Origin: Sulfurovum sp. enrichment culture clone C5
GTDB lineage: Bacteria; Campylobacterota; Campylobacteria; Campylobacterales; Sulfurovaceae
DNA: 64,000 bases
Assembly (NCBI GenBank): GCA_001493195.1
Contig: FAXN01000013.1
Location: 791 to 64,790 of the forward strand
Reading direction: 5' to 3'
Shown: piece by piece, positions 58,429 to 64,000 of the stretch
Layout: every line of letters starts with the position of its first letter
Position numbering within the stretch: the first letter of the stretch is position 1
Program-made: the position numbers and the translations under genes
The notes under the pieces: generated by a model
What the model was told of the DNA's origin: nothing
The model's database searches: none
Seen by the model: only the letters and a program-made list of their open reading frames with translations

Positions 58429-59136
58429 ATGAGACAAAAGTTAATATTACTAATTATGGCCATTTCTACAATTTTATTTTCTGGATGTGGAGAATTTTCC
58501 AATGTTAGTTTCAATGCAGAAATGAATAAAAATATCAATAAAATAGCTGTTATACCTCCTCTAAAAGAAACAAAAATAAATATTTTCTATTTCAATCATC
58601 CAGGTATGAATTTTGGATTAATTGGATCTGTTGTAGCACTTGCTGAATTTGACTCAAAAGAAAAATCCTACAATAAGCTGATAGAGTCTGAAAAATTTGA
58701 TGCAAATAGTTATTTTATAGAAAAATTAAAAGGATATTTGGAAAATGATAAATATAGTATTAATTTACTTCCAGTTGAAAACAAGGAAAAATTTAAATTT
58801 TTAAAGACTTATCCAGAAGCTGATGCTGATGCATATTTGGATTTATTATGTTCTGTTGGGTATATAGCAGGAAGCCCAACATCAACATATAAACCAACTG
58901 TAAAACTAAAGGTTCGTTTGGTTAAAAAAATAGATAAAACAATAATTTACGATAAAATGATTGCAATTGGTGAGAATTATGGTTTGGATCAAAATGTAGA
59001 ATATATCGGTTGCGAAGACAATAGTTGCTATAGTGATTTTTCAAAATTAAAAGAAAATCCAAAACAAAGTATCGATGGGCTCAAAATTAGTTTAGATAAA
59101 ATAGCCTATCATGTGGCAAATTCTCTTAAGAAATAG
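58429..59136 (+). CDS. putative lipoprotein
   Basis: Signal peptide ending in 'ILFSGC' (lipobox-like). No family recognised. Confidence 0.6.
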   Translation: MRQKLILLIMAISTILFSGCGEFSNVSFNAEMNKNINKIAVIPPLKETKINIFYFNHPGMNFGLIGSVVALAEFDSKEKSYNKLIESEKFDANSYFIEKLKGYLENDKYSINLLPVENKEKFKFLKTYPEADADAYLDLLCSVGYIAGSPTSTYKPTVKLKVRLVKKIDKTIIYDKMIAIGENYGLDQNVEYIGCEDNSCYSDFSKLKENPKQSIDGLKISLDKIAYHVANSLKK

Positions 59137-59145
59137 GAATAACTA

Positions 59146-59778
59146 ATGAAAAATTATTTGAAGATTTGTATAATATTGATATCATTTTTTGGTTGTGCAA
59201 AAACAAATATAGACTATGATATTGTTAGAAACAATTCCAAGATACAAACTAAAACATTAGCCACACTTTCACCTAAAAATATATCATTAAATAAAGAATA
59301 TGAAGCGCAATTAGGAGATGGTGATAATGAGATAATTGATTTAAATGGAAATAGAGTTTTTGCTTCAAAATTTATTCTACCACAAGTTGATACCCCATTT
59401 TCTTTGAATATAAGCAGTTCTTCTAGCGTTGGTTTTTTTGCACCAAGAGTATTTTTTCTTGATGATAAAAGTAAAATAATACGCACAGTAGAAGCAAAAA
59501 ATTTACAATTTGATAGAGGTTTCTATAAAGGAACGATTTTTATTAACACGGAATACAGTAAGATAAATTCAATAGTAGTAACACAAGATACAGAAGAGTC
59601 TAATGCAAAACATAATATTAAATATGTCGAGGGTGGTACTGTATATATTCCAATTGGAGCAGCAATGGTACCAATAACTTTTTCTTCTGGTGATTTGAAT
59701 AAAACATTAAAATATTCATATGGCGGAATGGTAAAAATCACTTTAAAAGCCTACGAACCAGTAGCACTTAGTGAATAA
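59146..59778 (+). CDS. putative lipoprotein (possibly MalM-like periplasmic family)
   Basis: Signal peptide ending in 'SFFGC'. 'FILPQVDTPFSLNISSSSS..FFAPRVFFLDD' is reminiscent of MalM-family proteins. This is a weak call made by eye. Confidence 0.5.
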   Translation: MKNYLKICIILISFFGCAKTNIDYDIVRNNSKIQTKTLATLSPKNISLNKEYEAQLGDGDNEIIDLNGNRVFASKFILPQVDTPFSLNISSSSSVGFFAPRVFFLDDKSKIIRTVEAKNLQFDRGFYKGTIFINTEYSKINSIVVTQDTEESNAKHNIKYVEGGTVYIPIGAAMVPITFSSGDLNKTLKYSYGGMVKITLKAYEPVALSE

Positions 59779-59791
59779 TAAGCTATTTTAT

Positions 59792-60439
59792 TTAGCCATT
59801 ATAAGGTAGCCACTTTTCTTCTTTGTCATTTTTATATATATTTTCTCTAATTATGTTTCCATTTTTATCATATTCTCTTTGAATACCATTTTGTAAGTCA
59901 TTTTTATATTCTACACTTAATTGGAGTATTCCATTCTCATAAAACTTTCCTAAACCTTCTCTTTTCCCATTTTTATAGGGTATTTGAAAAACAACTCTAC
60001 CTTTTCCATCATATTTTGTTGACATACCATTTTCTAAACCATTTGAGTATTCAGTTGTAAATTGCAAACTACCATCTTCTCTATATGTTTCAAAAGTATC
60101 TTGAACCTTGTTTTTAAAGTATTTAGTTTTTGATTTTATTTTGCCATTTTTATAATATGATATACTTTCACTTCTATCTTTATCGATATGTTTAAATTCA
60201 CTTTCAAGTTCTCCGGTATCATAAAATGATTTCATCGCACCTACAATTTTTACGTCTTTAAAGCCATCTTTATTTATAGGGAGATTCTTTGTGTATTCTA
60301 TTGTGCTTGTAGCTTTGGGTTTCCCATTATTATAGTATTCTTGTTTAGTATAAGATGGTTGTTTTATGTAGATGTTATTTAAAGAATAATAAATTAAAAA
60401 AAGAAAAATGATTCCTAGCAATACTATTATAGTACGCAT
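59792..60439 (-). CDS. MORN-repeat (YwqK-like) protein with N-terminal membrane anchor or signal
   Basis: Repeated 'Y.NGK..G....Y..NG' units, for example 'YYKNGKIKSKTKYF', 'PYKNGKREGLGKFYENG' and 'EYKNDLQNGIQREYDKNGN'. Confidence 0.7.
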   Translation of the reverse strand: MRTIIVLLGIIFLFLIYYSLNNIYIKQPSYTKQEYYNNGKPKATSTIEYTKNLPINKDGFKDVKIVGAMKSFYDTGELESEFKHIDKDRSESISYYKNGKIKSKTKYFKNKVQDTFETYREDGSLQFTTEYSNGLENGMSTKYDGKGRVVFQIPYKNGKREGLGKFYENGILQLSVEYKNDLQNGIQREYDKNGNIIRENIYKNDKEEKWLPYNG

Positions 60440-60599
60440 TGTATGACCTCTTTTATATTTATTATGTGTGAAGTATTATATCAAATATTTATTCTAACTT
60501 TTAAGTGTATATTGATACTGATGAGGTATTCTATTTTTTATGTCTAAGGTAGCGATTTATGTTAGTATATAGACAATATGAACAATCTAACAAAAATCT

Positions 60600-61286
60600 C
60601 TATCTATCATTTTTGATTTTTACAACAATCTTACTTTTTCTATCATCAAGATAGCTTATTTCAAAAATATTACTATATTTTTTAAAAATATCACCCCATG
60701 TATTGGCACCATAATTTTTTGCTATAAACGATGAATTTTTATTTTTCAAATATGTTCCAACTGTAGAAATCAATGTATAATCATTTTCTTCTTTTGTACT
60801 ATTAATCGCATCTTTCAATATTTCTATCAAGCCCTCATCATTACTATCGGCAGTTTTATTTTTGATAGGCAACTCAATAAAAGTAGAATATGCATTACGC
60901 AAAGATTCAGGTGTTTTCTTTTCTCCAAATCCTATAACTTCAAATCCTTTTGATTTGATGTCTATAACAAGAGATGTAAAATCACTATCACTTGAGACAA
61001 GTGCTATCACATCAATTTTAGAAGAAATCATAGTATTCATAACATCTATTACCATTTTTATATCAGAGGCATTTTTGTTTAAAACATTTGGGATTATATG
61101 CATAGGCTCTATGGTAAATTTATGAAATTTGTCATTCCATGCTTTGTTGTTTTTATTGCTCCAGTCCGCATATGCTTTACGAATGATGACTTCACCATAG
61201 TTTGCCAATTCGTCAAATGTTTCTTTTACATAAGTTGCACTAATGTTTTCACAATCAAAAAATACAGCCAATTTTTTATTATTCAT
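60600..61286 (-). CDS. NYN (LabA-like) nuclease domain protein with C-terminal OST-HTH/LOTUS domain
   Basis: 'LAVFFDCENIS', 'KAYADWS' and 'IALVSSDSDFTSLVIDIKSKGFEVIGFG' form the NYN acidic motifs. The C-terminal 'LIEILKDAI...YTLISTVGTYLKNK...FIAKNYG' is LOTUS-like. Confidence 0.75.
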   Translation of the reverse strand: MNNKKLAVFFDCENISATYVKETFDELANYGEVIIRKAYADWSNKNNKAWNDKFHKFTIEPMHIIPNVLNKNASDIKMVIDVMNTMISSKIDVIALVSSDSDFTSLVIDIKSKGFEVIGFGEKKTPESLRNAYSTFIELPIKNKTADSNDEGLIEILKDAINSTKEENDYTLISTVGTYLKNKNSSFIAKNYGANTWGDIFKKYSNIFEISYLDDRKSKIVVKIKNDR

Positions 61287-61469
61287 TTTATATCCTTGTG
61301 TGTGTTTATGAGAAATTTAAAAACAAATCTCACACAAACTTTACGACACTTAGACTATATGACATTTTTCTTATTTTGTCAAGTTTTTGTACCAGTCCAA
61401 AAAAATATGACAATTTGAAATATTTTTTATACTAATAAATGATTTTTGTTAATATTTTCATATAAAACA

Positions 61470-62003
61470 ATGGAGATGTTAATGGAAAATTTACCCATAG
61501 AGGATATCACATCAAAGATATATGAGATACGCGGGCAAAAAGTAATGCTTGATAGTGATTTAGCAAATTTGTATCAAGTAGAGTCAAAAAGATTAAATGA
61601 ACAAGTCAGAAGAAATATAGAGCGTTTCCCAAGTGATTTTATGTTTCAGATTTCTGAGATTGAGCATGAAAACTTGAGGTCGCAATTTGCGACCTCAAGT
61701 TTTGAACATGGCGGTAGACGGTATTTGCCATATGTTTTTACCGAACAAGGTGTTTATATGCTTGCAACTGTGCTTAAAAGTAAAGTAGCGATTGATGTTA
61801 GCATACAAATTATGCGAACATTTACAGCACTTAGAAGATACGCACTTACTTATGATGAATTGGCAAAAAAGATAGTAGAGATAGAAAGCAGAGTAAGTGA
61901 TAGTGAAAAAAGAGACCAAAAGATTATAGGAATTATAAATCAGCTTATGAGTGATGATGAGGAGTCGGAAGTCAAAAAGATAGGGTTTATCAAAGATAAA
62001 TAG
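61470..62003 (+). CDS. ORF6N (KilA-N-related, antirepressor-like) DNA-binding domain protein
   Basis: 'IRGQKVMLDSDLANLYQVESKRLNEQVRRNIERFPSDFMFQ...ENLRSQFATSS..GGRRYLPYVFTEQGVYMLATVLKS'. The start is ambiguous among ATGs at 61470, 61476 and 61482. Confidence 0.8.
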   Translation: MEMLMENLPIEDITSKIYEIRGQKVMLDSDLANLYQVESKRLNEQVRRNIERFPSDFMFQISEIEHENLRSQFATSSFEHGGRRYLPYVFTEQGVYMLATVLKSKVAIDVSIQIMRTFTALRRYALTYDELAKKIVEIESRVSDSEKRDQKIIGIINQLMSDDEESEVKKIGFIKDK

Positions 62004-62007
62004 AGAG

Positions 62008-62106
62008 TTTGAAAACTTGAGGTGCCAATTTGTCACCTCAAATCATAGTGGCATCAGATATGCACTTACTTATGATGAATTAGCTAAAAAGATAGTAGAG
62101 ATATAG
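62008..62106 (+). pseudogene. decayed, internally deleted fragment of a second ORF6N gene
   Basis: 62008-62044 matches gene nt ~61665-61701, and 62054-62106 matches gene nt ~61833-61885. It would read ENLRCQFVTSNHSGIRYALTYDELAKKIVEI*. Confidence 0.65.
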
Positions 62107-62305
62107 AATAGAGCGAACTAAAGGTGAAGCTAAATTATAATAATTTTCCTTTATGCCTAATTTTATGAAAATTTGGAATATTTTAATATTTATCAATAAA
62201 ATTTATATATAATAAACAAACAGATGGAATATCATAAAAATTATTATAAAAAATAGATGTTCAAATGGATTTGGATTTTAAATCAAAGGGAAAAAAGAAA
62301 AATCA

Positions 62306-63877
62306 ATGGCAAATGTACCGCATCAATTTGAAAAATTAACCTCCAGAGAAGAAAACGTAGTGGTCATGATTGGTGCAGGTATGTCATACGGTTTGGTGCC
62401 AATGGCAAACGAGTTAAAACAATCATTAGAGTTGGTTACTAACAACTTATCTATTGAAGATGATGAGCTATTAACAGAAAATGATCCGTACAAATATGCT
62501 GATATTGTCCTGAAACATATTCCCAATCAAGATAAATTAGTCCTTGTACAAAATATGGGGATTATCAATAATCCAAAATGGTTCGCTAAAGTTGGTCTAC
62601 CTCTAAGAGGCACGGCACCACGGCATAGAGTTGTTGCCCGTTTTGCCAGAGAAAACCTACTTCATGAAATATGGAACTATAACTGGGATACTATTTTGGA
62701 ATCGGCTTTTGAATCCGTTGGATTTACACGTGGACGAAAAGATGGAATAAAACAGCCTTGGAATACACTTTTCGATACCATAATCACGTATGATGATCTT
62801 ACTGCTACTCCTACAGATGGTTTTTTTAAAATTTACAAGCCTCATGGTTGTTTACAAGCTATGAAAGAAGCTCAGGAATTACAAATGAGTAATCCTGTGA
62901 AATCAAAAAAAATTGCTGAGCGTTTTATGATAGGACAAAATGAACTATCATTAGATAAGCAGTGGACAGACCAAGAGCCTGGAGGTACTTTTCTAAGTTT
63001 GATGCATACAAGTCTAAATCATCATGTTATGGTTATCGGATGGAGTCTGCCAGAAAAATATGTGCATGACAAACTAAAGTATATAATGGAATCTATGACA
63101 GCAGAAATAGAGCATCTCTCTATTATCGATCCTTTTTATCAGGCAGGACATACCACTATTGCTAATCGTTACAATCTGAATCAAAATGAGATACATTTTG
63201 AAGTTTCTTCAACTCAAACAGGTTTAACAACAGATAACCTCTTTTTGGCATTACAAACAAAATATTCATTGAAGCAATTGTTGAAAAATACAGATGAACA
63301 AAGTGACGAGTGGAATACGATTCAAGGTGTTCTTACTCAATGTGATTTGGGAAATACAAAGGATACACTACTATCTTGGGCAGATAATTTTTTACCAGCA
63401 TGGATTCGTTTGTGTTGGCGTACTGAACACCTAAAAGTTAGAACTTTCAATCCTTTCGACATTCGATTAGAAAAACAAGATGTCCATATTCCTTATCAAG
63501 GTATTGAAACTACTCGTATCGATATGGAGATGGCAGCTACAATTTTTCATTACATTCAAAACTCTAAAATAAATTGGGATTTCTCAACATTTGCAGGAGG
63601 ACTTTGGGATTATGAAAACACTCGATTGGTAATTCCTCTACCAAATGCAACATTTTCAACATTACATGTAATAAAACCTCTTGTTAGAATGATTGAAGAA
63701 AAAGTAGCATACATCACAAGTATCGCTATTATGCCAATAACGCATAATTCTCTTCATAATTCATCAGCTAATATATTAAAAAATTCAATCATGCAAATTG
63801 TGTCAAAGCCACAATTAATGCGAGATAATTTCTGGAAAAGTACCAACAATCTTATAGACTATGAGGACATAATATGA
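62306..63877 (+). CDS. SIR2_2-like (defence-type SIR2) domain protein with unassigned ~250-aa C-terminal region
   Basis: The ordered motifs are 'VVVMIGAGMSYG', 'EIWNYNWDTILESAF', 'KIYKPHGCL' and 'VMVIGWSLPEKYV'. These correspond to the GAGxS / TTNYDxLLE / KLHGS / GySxxD pattern of SIR2-like defence NADases. Confidence 0.7.
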   Translation: MANVPHQFEKLTSREENVVVMIGAGMSYGLVPMANELKQSLELVTNNLSIEDDELLTENDPYKYADIVLKHIPNQDKLVLVQNMGIINNPKWFAKVGLPLRGTAPRHRVVARFARENLLHEIWNYNWDTILESAFESVGFTRGRKDGIKQPWNTLFDTIITYDDLTATPTDGFFKIYKPHGCLQAMKEAQELQMSNPVKSKKIAERFMIGQNELSLDKQWTDQEPGGTFLSLMHTSLNHHVMVIGWSLPEKYVHDKLKYIMESMTAEIEHLSIIDPFYQAGHTTIANRYNLNQNEIHFEVSSTQTGLTTDNLFLALQTKYSLKQLLKNTDEQSDEWNTIQGVLTQCDLGNTKDTLLSWADNFLPAWIRLCWRTEHLKVRTFNPFDIRLEKQDVHIPYQGIETTRIDMEMAATIFHYIQNSKINWDFSTFAGGLWDYENTRLVIPLPNATFSTLHVIKPLVRMIEEKVAYITSIAIMPITHNSLHNSSANILKNSIMQIVSKPQLMRDNFWKSTNNLIDYEDII

Positions 63878-64000
63878 ACAAAATTGAAACAATAAAAACA
63901 TATCTCACAAAAAATTATCAAAATCTTTATGATGATTCTTTTTCATTTTGTGAGTCTTTGAAACAAACACAAACAAAACCAGCATGGCTTTGGATTGATG
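63874..64000 (+). CDS. hypothetical protein, 5' part only (runs off the window)
   Basis: The ATG overlaps the upstream stop (ATGA at 63874-63877). The frame stays open to nt 64000: MNKIETIKTYLTKNYQNLYDDSFSFCESLKQTQTKPAWLWID... Confidence 0.55.
   Translation, partial: MNKIETIKTYLTKNYQNLYDDSFSFCESLKQTQTKPAWLWID

Noticed and set aside
58110-61345. Interpreting the motif-1/motif-2 pairs as integron attC-type cassette boundaries.
   Set aside because: No integron integrase or attI is visible, the motifs lack the imperfect-palindrome structure of attC, and a shorter form of motif 1 also occurs upstream of the tRNA promoter at 14520-14530. I keep it only as a repeat or insertion observation.

Overview
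This is a low-GC bacterial chromosome segment. Gene order and protein sequences look like Campylobacterota (an epsilonproteobacterium); I cannot name the genus by eye.

The core is housekeeping:
- ~14.5-31.8 kb: the classic tRNA(Thr-Tyr-Gly-Thr)-tuf, rpmG, tRNA-Trp, secE-nusG-rplKAJL-rpoBC and rpsL-rpsG-fusA block.
- 37.7-58.0 kb: queF, gyrB, tsaD, dxr, cdsA, leuC, an anchor-less sdhAB-like pair, purT, rpsU, nnr, purN and thiG.

Three accessory patches interrupt this core:
1. nt 1-10.9 kb is a very AT-rich island. It holds a truncated S24 repressor, a WYL regulator, two overlapping DUF262 genes (one a full GmrSD-type DUF262+DUF1524 nuclease), and a four-gene cluster of unknowns around a sirtuin-type Sir2 gene broken by a 1-nt frameshift in an A8 tract.
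2. 31.9-37.5 kb holds two large RTX-repeat secreted proteases (M10 serralysin-like and S8 subtilisin-like). They share repeat modules, and no type I secretion genes are visible.
3. 58.0-64.0 kb holds a repeat-rich spacer, lipoproteins, a MORN protein, a NYN-LOTUS protein, an ORF6N gene plus a decayed copy, and a defence-style SIR2_2-like protein. That protein is translationally coupled to a gene cut off by the window end.

The best candidates for an undescribed system are the SIR2_2-like operon at the right edge, the Sir2-centred four-gene cluster, and the DUF262 pair. A cytochrome bd-like membrane pair with a fused c-type haem domain (11.9-14.5 kb) is also unusual.

All calls come from reading the supplied translations and the DNA by eye. 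No searches or computations were run.
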